Of a stretch of 64,000 bases of DNA, positions 54,413 to 63,918 are shown piece after piece. The stretch spans positions 32,052 to 96,051 of the forward strand of contig JAEZZA010000004.1 of assembly GCA_023442525.1 (NCBI GenBank). The letters run 5' to 3'. How positions within the stretch are numbered: position 1 is the first letter of the stretch; every line of letters begins with the position of its first letter. A program made the translations under genes and the position numbers. Source of the DNA: Bacteroidota bacterium. Its GTDB lineage: Bacteria > Bacteroidota > Bacteroidia > Bacteroidales > UBA10428. The notes under the pieces were generated by a model, which saw only the letters and a program-made list of their open reading frames with translations, was not told where the DNA came from and did not search any database.

Positions 54413-56556
54413 TCGGGTATATAAACTTCAGGTTTTAATGCATTACTATTGAGAAGATTGACCATTCCTGCCGAAAGTTCTATGATCTGTCGTAAGTTCC
54501 TGGCAAGCAATCTGACCTTGATTCTTAAATGAATCAAACGGATTAAAGCCACAGGGAAAACTATAAGGGCAATTATCCGGTATGAGGGTTTAGTGAAGAT
54601 TGTTGAGGTAATCCGGCCATTTACAGGCGGAAATTCTGTAAGTCGCTTTTTAAAATAGGGCAAACGGAACCACTGACTCAGAATAACCTGGTCGATAAAA
54701 CTATTGTAGTGGATTCCGAATTCCACAAGGTAAAAATAACCAGTATTATGAAAGGATTTCGATGCCAGATTTGCCATTTTCCCATCGGTCTCCAGTTGCT
54801 CAAGGCATTTACGAGCCAAATTGCTTATCTCAATAAAACCATTCTGTAGGTCGCTCCTGGGAAAATCATTGAATTCAAACTTTCCGGTGATATGCACTTT
54901 CTTTTCCATCAGCACACCCTTCCTTAAACCCGTTTTTTCACGAATCCAGTTCAGGTAAGTATCTATGTTCAAAATGGCAGAATCGTTGGTTGCCTGGTAA
55001 GTAAGGAAAATTCCTGCAATTACCAGGATAAAGGATGAAAGCCACATACCCTGGAATGAGGAAAGGAGGCTTTCTTCCACGAATTTCTGTCCTATTAGTG
55101 AAATCACATAGTACAGTATAAATAGCAAGGTTGAAATTACGGTTGGCAGCCCGAGTCCCCCTTTACGAATGATTGCACCTAATGGTGCGCCAATAAACAG
55201 AAAAATGAGGCAGGCAAATGAAAGCGTAAATTTCCGGTGCCATTCTATTTCGTGTTTTCGAAGTTTTCTTATTTCAAAATCCATCATGCGCGTTGAGGAC
55301 TGAACCATGTAATCGTTTGTCTTTACCATGCTTAGGGCTTCGGAAACGATCCTTTTTCTCGTCTCGAGTGCGAATGAAGAATACAGGCTGTCGAAATCCT
55401 CAATTTTTTTAAGTGTAACTAATCCGAGATCTGTAGTATCGGCTTTAATGGTATCAGTATTAACAGTATCCGCGGGCAGGTCGGCACGTGCACCTTTTGC
55501 GGCCAAACGGGCGGCTTTCTTCCGGGCCTCAATATTTCTCTGCAACATCTCCCTTCTTTCCCCGGGTGAAATCGTAGGTGCAGATACATTCCTTGAAGCG
55601 TTGGTATAAAGATTCCGGTTGATATCTGATGCGATCGGGGCAGTACCCGGGCGATTCAATTTATAAAAACTGGTTCTGATCATGTTACGGGCGAATTCCC
55701 GACTGCTCAACTCCAGCGATCGTTGGAGCGAATCGGTGGCATACTTAAGTTGTGAAGCATTCAGCATCTGGTAGGCATTCTTGAATATGCGTTCGTCGGA
55801 ACGTTCGAGCTCAAATCCGGTCATTTCAATAATAATATTCTGTTCGCCGAACCTGAGTAGCTGATGTGGATAACGCTTATCACGGCGCCGCCTGCTTTCA
55901 CCGACTTCCGTGTATTTATATCCGTTCCACAGGGTTATGACCATATTCCTCTTATCCTCGGTAATTTTCATTCTCCCCGAATCAGCCACGGTAACATCAC
56001 TGTTACCACTGGATTTTGAATGATCATAAATCTTAATATCGTACAATAAATTGGTAACCGGATCCTTTTTTCCGACTCTTATAACAAGATCTTGAATACC
56101 CTTGGTAAATACGCCTTCGGTAATTGAGACTTCCGGATGAAGATTTCGTACATCCAGCCTCAGGGTCCGCATTTTCAGGTTGGTAATGGGAACCACGTTA
56201 TTGGCAAAAAAAAATGCAAACCCCGAAATAATTATTACGAGAAATATAACAGGAAGAAGAATACGCTGAAGCGAAATGCCCGAAGCTTTAATGGCAGTGA
56301 GCTCATAATACTCGCCCATATTCCCGAATGTCATGAGCGACGAAAGTAATACGGCAAGCGGAAGTGCAAGAGGTACTAAACCTGCACAGGCATAAAGCAG
56401 AAATTCACCTATAATTTCAATTCCCAGTCCTTTACCAACCAGCTCATCAATATACCTCCATAAAAACTGCATGAGGAGGAGGAACATTACAATGAAAAAG
56501 GTCATAACAAAAGGACCCAGAAAAGACATAATAACCAACTTGTGCAGTCGCTTCAC
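54409..56556 (-). CDS. LptF/LptG (YjgP/YjgQ) family permease, unusually long (715 aa)
   Basis: The N-terminal 3 TM helices (FLGPFVMTFFIVMFLLLMQFLW and following), a beta-jellyroll-like loop and a second TM bundle near aa 455-525 fit LptF/G. A charged low-complexity insertion of roughly 150 aa and a C-terminal extension of roughly 190 aa are extra. Confidence 0.7.
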   Translation of the reverse strand: MKRLHKLVIMSFLGPFVMTFFIVMFLLLMQFLWRYIDELVGKGLGIEIIGEFLLYACAGLVPLALPLAVLLSSLMTFGNMGEYYELTAIKASGISLQRILLPVIFLVIIISGFAFFFANNVVPITNLKMRTLRLDVRNLHPEVSITEGVFTKGIQDLVIRVGKKDPVTNLLYDIKIYDHSKSSGNSDVTVADSGRMKITEDKRNMVITLWNGYKYTEVGESRRRRDKRYPHQLLRFGEQNIIIEMTGFELERSDERIFKNAYQMLNASQLKYATDSLQRSLELSSREFARNMIRTSFYKLNRPGTAPIASDINRNLYTNASRNVSAPTISPGERREMLQRNIEARKKAARLAAKGARADLPADTVNTDTIKADTTDLGLVTLKKIEDFDSLYSSFALETRKRIVSEALSMVKTNDYMVQSSTRMMDFEIRKLRKHEIEWHRKFTLSFACLIFLFIGAPLGAIIRKGGLGLPTVISTLLFILYYVISLIGQKFVEESLLSSFQGMWLSSFILVIAGIFLTYQATNDSAILNIDTYLNWIREKTGLRKGVLMEKKVHITGKFEFNDFPRSDLQNGFIEISNLARKCLEQLETDGKMANLASKSFHNTGYFYLVEFGIHYNSFIDQVILSQWFRLPYFKKRLTEFPPVNGRITSTIFTKPSYRIIALIVFPVALIRLIHLRIKVRLLARNLRQIIELSAGMVNLLNSNALKPEVYIPE

Positions 56557-56624
56557 TGTAGTTGAAAATGAAATAAATCCAATCTGAATGCAAAGCTAAG
56601 GATAATTTTGCAGAGGAAAGCAGG

Positions 56625-57005
56625 TTAAAGTCCTAATGCATGCTTTAACCTGGAAACCTGGGAATTCCAAAGTTCAATGGTGCTTTCCTTATCCTCATCA
56701 TCTGTAAAATCGGTGATAATCAGAGCAGTATCACCAGTTAATTCATCGGTGCTAATCCTGAATTCAAACCAGTGAGTTTCGGGTTCGTAGTCATCTACCC
56801 AGCGATACCGGATGTACTTATTCTCTTTTCGTTGAATAATATCCGCCCTTTGTTCTGAATTGTCCCAGAAAAAGCTGTATTGTGTGCCATTGATATTCAC
56901 ATTATCTGCAAACCATTCAGATAATCCTCCCGGAGTGCTTAAACGTGGATAGATCACTTTCGGTGAGGAATTAAGCGTATATTCAAGTATAATCTTTTTC
57001 TTCAT
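56625..57005 (-). CDS. START/AHSA1-like (SRPBCC) small protein
   Basis: 126 aa. LSTPGGLSEWFADNV is typical of START-like domain proteins. Confidence 0.6.
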   Translation of the reverse strand: MKKKIILEYTLNSSPKVIYPRLSTPGGLSEWFADNVNINGTQYSFFWDNSEQRADIIQRKENKYIRYRWVDDYEPETHWFEFRISTDELTGDTALIITDFTDDEDKESTIELWNSQVSRLKHALGL

Positions 57006-57130
57006 CTTACATGTAAGTGATTTTTCTACAATTAATTAGCTGAATGGCAACAGCCTTATTGACGCAATATATGAAAAATGTTTTCAATTTTCAATTATTT
57101 TTGAAATAAGATCAATTCAACCTCAAGATT

Positions 57131-58312
57131 ATGGTGACAAAAAAGAGACACACGGGCAGAAATCTTGTGTTGCTTAGCCCGGGGCTACGCAGAGACAGCC
57201 TTTTTAAAATGGCAGCACTTTCATCGGTTAAACTGGCTCATTTTTCGGATTACATTAAAAAGCCTGAAAACTATGTAAAGGCGTTTTCGCAAGGCGATGG
57301 GATTTTCTTTGAGGAAATAAAAGTCGCCGTTGTGAACTTCGATAAGGAAGACCAGTTCGACTTTATGAACAGGAAGTGGTCGGGGAAAGCCGTACTTTCC
57401 ACCGAACCCGAAAGGTATGTTTATAAAACAATCCCGATACGAAGAAAGAAGTTTTCAGATGATCCGAAAACAACTTGGGGAATAAAAGCTGTTTTAGCCG
57501 ACAAAACTTCCTTGTCGGGGAAAGGAGTGCGCATTGCGATACTTGATACGGGCTTGTTCCCTAAGCATGAAGACCTGAAGGGCAGAACAATTAAAATGAA
57601 AAAATTCGTCGATAATGCAACATCGGGTGATGCTGACGGACACGGATCTCATTGCACAGGAATCGCCTGTGGGTATACCGATTCCCGCGGATTAAGGTAT
57701 GGTGTAGCCTACGAATCGGAAATTTTTGCAGGAAAAGTCCTCAACGACCAGGGTGAAGGCACTGATAGCGGAATCCTTGCCGGTATAGAGTGGGCGCTAA
57801 CCGAAAAGTGTCGTGTTATCAGCATGTCGCTTGGCGCCCCTGCAGACCGGGGGGAAAGCTATAGCGAAACTTATGAGGCTGTGGCCAAACGATCAATGAA
57901 ATTGGGGGCACTCATTATTGCCGCGGCTGGCAACGAAAGCCGGAGACCGTCGTATACCGCACCGGTGGGTCATCCTGCCAATTGCCCCTCTATTATGGCC
58001 GTAGGAGCTATTGATAATAATCTGAAAATTGCTCCGTTCTCATGCGCAGGTATTAACCCCAACGGTGGCCAGGTTGATTTGGTTGCCCCGGGAACAGCAG
58101 TATACAGCATGATTAATTCGGATGGCGGTCACGAGGCATGGGATGGAACAAGCATGGCAACTCCGTTTGTATCGGGAGTTGCAGGGCTACTGTTTGAACA
58201 AAATAAGAATGCTACACCGCTTGAAGTCTGGTCGCTTCTTTCACAGATTGCAAGGCGGCTTAAGCTGAGTTCCATCGACGCCGGCTCCGGACTGGTTCAA
58301 TGTCCAATTTGA
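57131..58312 (+). CDS. S8 family (subtilisin-like) serine peptidase without a recognisable signal peptide
   Basis: D-H-S triad contexts IAILDTG, DGHGSHCTG and GTSMATPFVSG, with oxyanion AAAGNE. The N-terminal roughly 130 aa contain no hydrophobic leader but have a propeptide-like segment. Confidence 0.85.
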   Translation: MVTKKRHTGRNLVLLSPGLRRDSLFKMAALSSVKLAHFSDYIKKPENYVKAFSQGDGIFFEEIKVAVVNFDKEDQFDFMNRKWSGKAVLSTEPERYVYKTIPIRRKKFSDDPKTTWGIKAVLADKTSLSGKGVRIAILDTGLFPKHEDLKGRTIKMKKFVDNATSGDADGHGSHCTGIACGYTDSRGLRYGVAYESEIFAGKVLNDQGEGTDSGILAGIEWALTEKCRVISMSLGAPADRGESYSETYEAVAKRSMKLGALIIAAAGNESRRPSYTAPVGHPANCPSIMAVGAIDNNLKIAPFSCAGINPNGGQVDLVAPGTAVYSMINSDGGHEAWDGTSMATPFVSGVAGLLFEQNKNATPLEVWSLLSQIARRLKLSSIDAGSGLVQCPI

Positions 58313-58318
58313 TCGGAT

Positions 58319-58531
58319 ATGAAAAACTTCATTGCATCGGTTAGTGATGAATATTCAGGCCATATTGATGATGTGGCCGATCAACTCCGTAACATGGGTT
58401 GCGAAATCAGACAGGTGATGAAACTTACCGGTGTGATTACCGGCAGAGTGAAAAACAATGTATCAATTACCGATCTTAAAATAAATGGTATTCAATCTGT
58501 TGAATTCCAGAGGAAGGTTCGGAAAATTTAA
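58319..58531 (+). CDS. Small protein, possible stand-alone I9-like propeptide/inhibitor
   Basis: 70-aa ORF that starts 6 nt after the protease stop. The end ITDLKINGIQSVEFQRKV resembles the C-terminal V-x-x-V-E pattern of subtilisin propeptides. This is weak, pattern-level evidence only. Confidence 0.45.
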   Translation: MKNFIASVSDEYSGHIDDVADQLRNMGCEIRQVMKLTGVITGRVKNNVSITDLKINGIQSVEFQRKVRKI

Positions 58532-58538
58532 GACAAAA

Positions 58539-58904
58539 TCAGTCAGTATAACTGACTATCCGGAATTCGGCTTTTTTAAGAAGTTTTTCAAAAACCAGAC
58601 CGTGCTCCATAAGCTCCTCGTCGCCATCTTCATAATACCAGGTGACTTTGAGCGATTCCATATCTTTGTTATGATCCATTGTTTTGAGAAGATGAAGAAG
58701 CTTTTTGGAAGAACTGCTGTTCATGTATTCGAGGCGGATTATCACATGAAATGCAGATGATTTTGCTTCTTTGGCCCATTCGATAAACGGGTCATAAAAA
58801 TTCGCTTCACTTAGGGGAATTGAACGCCCGGTTATACTTAATTCTTCTGAGGTTAGTGTGATCGCCGGTGTTGTGGCCGTGGATTGAAGATTAACTGGGT
58901 CCAT
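58539..58904 (-). CDS. SiaC-like DUF1987 protein
   Basis: 121 aa. STATTPAITL, FYDPFIEW, LEYMNSSSSKKLL and VTWYY follow the conserved blocks I recall for DUF1987/SiaC. Confidence 0.7.
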   Translation of the reverse strand: MDPVNLQSTATTPAITLTSEELSITGRSIPLSEANFYDPFIEWAKEAKSSAFHVIIRLEYMNSSSSKKLLHLLKTMDHNKDMESLKVTWYYEDGDEELMEHGLVFEKLLKKAEFRIVSYTD

Positions 58905-58915
58905 TTGATTTGTTT

Positions 58916-59872
58916 TTAAGGAGATTTAAATCCCGTATTTTCAATCATTGTTATATCAATTTGTTTAATTCTATCTTCCAGTACATTAATGCGTGTTATT
59001 CTCGAAACGGAAACTTTCAGGGGAGTTCCGGGAAAATATAAATAATCATAAATATCGTCTTCAACGACATCAACCAGCGAACTTTCTACCGTACTGGCTA
59101 TTGCTTCAGGGCGAATGCCAATTGACGTGTAATAATTAACCAGGAATTTACGTACCGAGTCAGGCAATATTCTCATTTGCTTTACCAGTTCACAACGCTG
59201 ACTGTCAGCATTTGCATGGCGGATGAAAATTACGCCATTTCCGGTTGCAGGAGCACTGTTGACCATAATGGGTATTTCTTCGGTGTAATAATAACGTTTA
59301 CCCTTTTCGTACTGCTTTCCATACGGAAAATGCATCATTAACAATTCGTTAAAGACCAGTTGCTCCATACCTCGCTGTGTACTGAATACCGATATAAGTG
59401 GTTGAAGTGATTTTCGTACTTCTCTGGCTTCTGCCTTCGTCTCACCAATAGCCTGTATCAATTCATCAGTCATTTCATTGATCATCTTACTCAGGTCCCT
59501 CCAATTTATTATTTCGCGAAATGCACCGAATTGATCGGTCTTGTAAACCACTCTTATAGAATCGTATTTTTGAAGTTTGAGCCTGGATTGATCCGGCAAC
59601 TGCAATCTGTCAAAGAGATAGTTTTTTAGCGACCATTGAATGGTATACGAAGATGAATCTGCATCAATAACCAGGAAATGAGCATTATAATTCGATGAAT
59701 CATCCTGTGCAAGAGTTTTGCCAATCCACTTACGTTTAACTTTTATAACGCTGAAATCATGGATATCGCCTACGTTCCAGTATGCTGCCACAGGAACGAA
59801 ATTTGTGTCGGGTTGGCATGAAACATTTAATACAACAGAAAATACCAGAAAAAGTGAGAGATAGAATTTCAT
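58916..59872 (-). CDS. Hypothetical secreted protein or lipoprotein
   Basis: 318 aa with leader MKFYLSLFLVFSVVLNVSC. Its stop is 11 nt upstream of the SiaC-like gene start. Confidence 0.6.
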   Translation of the reverse strand: MKFYLSLFLVFSVVLNVSCQPDTNFVPVAAYWNVGDIHDFSVIKVKRKWIGKTLAQDDSSNYNAHFLVIDADSSSYTIQWSLKNYLFDRLQLPDQSRLKLQKYDSIRVVYKTDQFGAFREIINWRDLSKMINEMTDELIQAIGETKAEAREVRKSLQPLISVFSTQRGMEQLVFNELLMMHFPYGKQYEKGKRYYYTEEIPIMVNSAPATGNGVIFIRHANADSQRCELVKQMRILPDSVRKFLVNYYTSIGIRPEAIASTVESSLVDVVEDDIYDYLYFPGTPLKVSVSRITRINVLEDRIKQIDITMIENTGFKSP

Positions 59873-59949
59873 ACGGGGACAACTTTTGAAAGATCACAAA
59901 CTCTTTCAAAAATAATGATATTTAGCTTGAAATTATCAAGGGCAACTTT

Positions 59950-61536
59950 TTATTCTTCCTTAATATCCAGTTTTTTAAGATCATTTAAAGCCGGACCGTT
60001 AATTACCTTACCCATGGCAGTGAACCTGGAACCATGAGCCGGACAGTCGAACGACTTTTCTTCTTCATTCCATTGCAATAATCCTCCCAGATGAGGACAA
60101 ACAGCCTGGAATGCATGTACTTCGTCATCCTTGTCCCGATAAACCGCGAGTTTCTTTAATCCTGTAGATAATATTGCCCCTTGTCCGGTTTTCAATTCTG
60201 CCAGGTCTCTGATGTCCTTTCTCCAGATCCAGTCGGCGTATTCCGACACCATTTTGCCAGCCTCACGGATATAATCTCCCGAAATATTGAGGGTGATGCG
60301 CGAAGGACTATATAATTCCTCCCAGATATTCCTTTTCTGCATAATAAGATCGGATATTAGCAATCCGCCAATCGTGCCGTGAGTCATTCCATTCCCTGAA
60401 TCGCCTGTAATTATATAAATATTGTCATCTCCGGGATTCCTGCCTATGAATCCGAGTGAATCAATGGGTTCTAATACCTGACCCGACCATTTGAAAGCGA
60501 TATTTTCAACCATGGTGAACTTACTTTTCGTCCATTCCCGGAGTGCATCAAACCGGTCGGTTTCAGGTACATCCTCCCTGCCGGCCTGTCCCACTTTATG
60601 ATCCTCTCCTCCGGCTATCAACAGGTCATTTTTTTCATCAAATTCCTGTAATCTGACGTAATGGTAAGGTTCAGTGATCCATTCACTTTTAACGTTTCCG
60701 GTATCCCACCAGAGGGCAAAAGGAAGTGCCCCCCGTGGTACCGTGGCTGCAATAACATAAGTGCGATAAGGCCATTGCTTGGTGTGAATGGTCACCCTGT
60801 CGTTCACGGGGGTATTGGTCGCCACAACAATATGATTGGCTTTTACCTGATATCCATTTGCCATTGCACCCGATTTTGTAATATTTTCTGCCCTGGTTTC
60901 GGTATAAATTCGGCCGCCATACTTTGTAAAGGCTTCAGCCAGCCCCCTCAGATATTGCAAAGGATGAAACTGGGCCTGTCCCGGAAATTTGATTCCCCGG
61001 CTGTCGGGCAGATTTTCGATTCCCGGAACCCGGGGAAGTGCCTCGGTGAATAAACCCAGCCTCCGGGTCGATTCATATTCCTTTTCAAGGGTTTCAGATT
61101 TATCACTGGAATGAAGAAACAGATAGCCGGGGACACGCCGGAATCCACATTTTATGTTTTCCAAACGTATTGTTGTATCAATCCAGTGAAGTGCAGCCAG
61201 GTGGCTATTGGCGGCAAGCATGGCTTTACTCTTTCCAAAGATTCTTTCCAGCTCATAATACCTGTCGTCGAGTGCATAAGTTATATGAGCAGTAGTACGA
61301 CCGGTTTCTCCGCTCCCGATATAACCATCATCCACCAGTGTTACCTGGCGACCTGCAACTGCAAGCCTGTATGCGGTTGTAAGACCGGAAATGCCTCCTC
61401 CGATAATCAGGATATCGGTTTCAATCGACTTACTGAGCTTTTGATATTTGATCGGTCCGGTTGAAGCAGTCCAGAATGATATATTTTCACCTGAAGTAAT
61501 ATTCGGATTGACCGGATCGTGTCTGTATTCTTTCAT
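59950..61536 (-). CDS. FAD-dependent oxidoreductase fused to a C-terminal Rieske [2Fe-2S] domain
   Basis: Contains ILIIGGGISGLTTAYRL, and the Rieske motif CPHLGG...CPAHGSRF at the C-terminus. Confidence 0.8.
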   Translation of the reverse strand: MKEYRHDPVNPNITSGENISFWTASTGPIKYQKLSKSIETDILIIGGGISGLTTAYRLAVAGRQVTLVDDGYIGSGETGRTTAHITYALDDRYYELERIFGKSKAMLAANSHLAALHWIDTTIRLENIKCGFRRVPGYLFLHSSDKSETLEKEYESTRRLGLFTEALPRVPGIENLPDSRGIKFPGQAQFHPLQYLRGLAEAFTKYGGRIYTETRAENITKSGAMANGYQVKANHIVVATNTPVNDRVTIHTKQWPYRTYVIAATVPRGALPFALWWDTGNVKSEWITEPYHYVRLQEFDEKNDLLIAGGEDHKVGQAGREDVPETDRFDALREWTKSKFTMVENIAFKWSGQVLEPIDSLGFIGRNPGDDNIYIITGDSGNGMTHGTIGGLLISDLIMQKRNIWEELYSPSRITLNISGDYIREAGKMVSEYADWIWRKDIRDLAELKTGQGAILSTGLKKLAVYRDKDDEVHAFQAVCPHLGGLLQWNEEEKSFDCPAHGSRFTAMGKVINGPALNDLKKLDIKEE

Positions 61537-61649
61537 AATAACCTGATTTACATCAATTAGTAATACATGATCCTAAACGTACCAGCTCATTCACTTGCTC
61601 TATCCTGGGCGAAGCTGAAGGCCCGGTACACCTGACTCCATCCTAACAA

Positions 61650-62108
61650 CTAACCATCCAATAAGTTCTTTAATTCATCCAGCACCGGTATCTGACCTTT
61701 CAGAATCTTTTTCCGCGCATCATCGTAATTAAACCATTCAAGTCTGTCGATTTCCGGGAATTTAGCATGTTTGCCTGATTTGGGAGGCCATTCAATTTCG
61801 AATTCATTGCTTTTAAATTTACTCACATCGGCATTATTTTCAATTGCCCAGGTATGAATCAGCTTTCCGCCACTCTGCTTTACCACTTTCAGTTCGATGA
61901 ATTCACCACTTAATTTAATGCCGGTTTCCTCATTGAATTCTCTTTTTGCGGCTTCCAAAGGATCTTCAGAACCTTCGATTTCCCCTTTGGGAATCGACCA
62001 TGAACTTTCATCCTTTTTAGCATAGAACGGACCTCCCGGATGAGCGAGTAAATATTCAACACTGTTGGACTTTCTCCTAAATACTAGTATTCCTGCACTT
62101 CTTTTCAT
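61650..62108 (-). CDS. NUDIX hydrolase
   Basis: Nudix box GEIEGSEDPLEAAKREFNEETG. Confidence 0.85.
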   Translation of the reverse strand: MKRSAGILVFRRKSNSVEYLLAHPGGPFYAKKDESSWSIPKGEIEGSEDPLEAAKREFNEETGIKLSGEFIELKVVKQSGGKLIHTWAIENNADVSKFKSNEFEIEWPPKSGKHAKFPEIDRLEWFNYDDARKKILKGQIPVLDELKNLLDG

Positions 62109-62113
62109 CTATT

Positions 62114-62719
62114 TTAAAATAGTAATATCATCCGGATGACCGGAAAAATAGCTGTTAACCGCATACGGAGAAATTTCAAAGCCCTCGACATGTGATTCTC
62201 GACCGTATTTTCAGAAATTCCCAATTTATCAGCTATTTCAGAGTAAGTCAATCCCTCCTGCCTGTGTGCCAGGAATACTTCCTTTTGACGCTCAGGTAAA
62301 CTTCCGATCAGTTTTTCAATTTGTTGTTTAAGTTCATTGATTTCTGCCTCAATATCCTGATCTTCAAAATTATGAGATGACGAACTTAATCTCAGATGCT
62401 CGAGATATTTGGTACTGCTTATTCTTTTCCTTAACAGATTAATGCAAATGTTGTAGGTAATCGTGAATAAAAATGAATTCAATTGTTTATGGTCATCCAG
62501 ATGATTTCTTTGTTCCCACAGTTTAATAAATACTTCCTGTACTATGTCTTCAGCATCCGATTCATCTTTCAATATTCTAAGTGCAAACAGGTATAGTTTA
62601 TGACAATACCTGTTGTAGATATGATCATAAGCCAGGATATTTCCTCTTCTAAGTAAGCCTATGATTTCCGGAGTAATATGAAGATCATCATTCTTCAATT
62701 GTACCAACTGAATTCTCAT
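62114..62719 (-). CDS. ECF-type RNA polymerase sigma-70 factor
   Basis: Region 2 is DAEDIVQEVFIKLW. Region 4 is LPERQKEVFLAHRQEGLTYSEIADKLGISENTVENHMSRA. Confidence 0.85.
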   Translation of the reverse strand: MRIQLVQLKNDDLHITPEIIGLLRRGNILAYDHIYNRYCHKLYLFALRILKDESDAEDIVQEVFIKLWEQRNHLDDHKQLNSFLFTITYNICINLLRKRISSTKYLEHLRLSSSSHNFEDQDIEAEINELKQQIEKLIGSLPERQKEVFLAHRQEGLTYSEIADKLGISENTVENHMSRALKFLRMRLTAIFPVIRMILLF

Positions 62720-62825
62720 ACCAATTTAGGAAAAACGCCTGAACTTTTTTCATTTTTTATGTAGTGGTATTTTTTTGGTCAAACGTACTACAATCAGAAC
62801 TTAACCACTGAAAAAATACGACCAA

Positions 62826-63890
62826 TTGAAAATGACTAAAGAACTCTTTATTAAGTTTTTGAATGGAACATGCACTGACGCTGAATTTGGGCAAATACTG
62901 ACATGGATTAAGGAAGAATCCCTTTCGGTTGAAAGCAAACGAATGATCCGGGAGGTATGGGATGAATTTGAACCTTCTGCAGATCCTGAAGCACGGTTAA
63001 AATACAATCGATTACTGGATAGTATACATCACAAAATCAATCTGAATCAGGAATCAGTACGTCCTGTGGTACGGCCGTTACCATCATCCGGAAGAATACT
63101 GACTCTGATTACACGGGCAGCTGCTATTTTGCTTCTGCCGGTGCTATCTATATTACTATATAAAATAGGTATAGATAATGTCAGGTACAGTGAAAATCTG
63201 AACGACATTCAGATTGAGTCTCCTGCAGGATTCAGAATGAATATCACTCTTGGCGACGGTACACAGGTTTGGCTGAATAACGGCAGCAAACTCAGGTACC
63301 CGTATCAGTTTAAAGGAAATAGCCGTAGGGTGTTCCTCACAGGTGAGGCATATTTTAAAGTAGAACATTCTGACAGGATACCTTTTATAGTTGAAACTGC
63401 CGATCTGGAGGTGAAGGCAACAGGAACGTCGTTTAACGTAAATGCTTATCCGGACGAAGATTTTACAGAAACAACGCTTGTGGAAGGCAGTATTACGGTA
63501 TATGACAGGAGCAGAAACCGTAAGATAAAAGATATGTTTCCCAACGAGTACCTTAAGTTTGATGCTGAAAAAAACGTTTCTGAGTTGAAATCAGACGAGC
63601 CAATCGACAAGTATATCTCGTGGAAAGACGGAATCCTGATCTTTAAGAACGATTCTGTGACTGAGATAGCCCGAAAATTGTCGCAGTGGTACAATGTGGA
63701 TGTCAGGATCAGCGACGAGAGAGTAAATAAGTTCACATTCACAGCTACTTTCTATGGTGAGACTTTATCACAGGTACTTGAACTTTTGTCTTTGCCCAGC
63801 CCGGTTAACTATAAGCTTACACCATTAAACAGATTGGCCGACGGGAGCTTTTCGAGGCAGAGTGTATTGATTTCGCTTAAGAACAACTGA
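62826..63890 (+). CDS. FecR family anti-sigma factor
   Basis: 354 aa with a central TM helix (AAAILLLPVLSILLY), a FecR domain (TLGDGTQVWLNNGSKLRYP...GEAYFKV) and a C-terminal DUF4974-like region. Confidence 0.85.
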   Translation: MKMTKELFIKFLNGTCTDAEFGQILTWIKEESLSVESKRMIREVWDEFEPSADPEARLKYNRLLDSIHHKINLNQESVRPVVRPLPSSGRILTLITRAAAILLLPVLSILLYKIGIDNVRYSENLNDIQIESPAGFRMNITLGDGTQVWLNNGSKLRYPYQFKGNSRRVFLTGEAYFKVEHSDRIPFIVETADLEVKATGTSFNVNAYPDEDFTETTLVEGSITVYDRSRNRKIKDMFPNEYLKFDAEKNVSELKSDEPIDKYISWKDGILIFKNDSVTEIARKLSQWYNVDVRISDERVNKFTFTATFYGETLSQVLELLSLPSPVNYKLTPLNRLADGSFSRQSVLISLKNN

Positions 63891-63918
63891 TTATTAGTAT
63901 AACCTACAAATCCTGAAT

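Noticed and set aside
57131-58531. S8 protease considered as part of an IetAS-like defence pair.
   Set aside because: That system pairs the protease with an ATPase. No ATPase gene is adjacent here.
59886-59914. AT-rich inverted repeat TTTTGAAAG, 10 nt, CTTTCAAAA considered as a terminator of the Rieske gene.
   Set aside because: The stem is weak and all A/T, and no U-run follows on the minus strand. Not convincing enough to list as a feature.
62720-62825. A possible invertible promoter between the divergent sigma and FecR genes.
   Set aside because: I could find no inverted repeats flanking the spacer or the sigma gene, and no recombinase is nearby.
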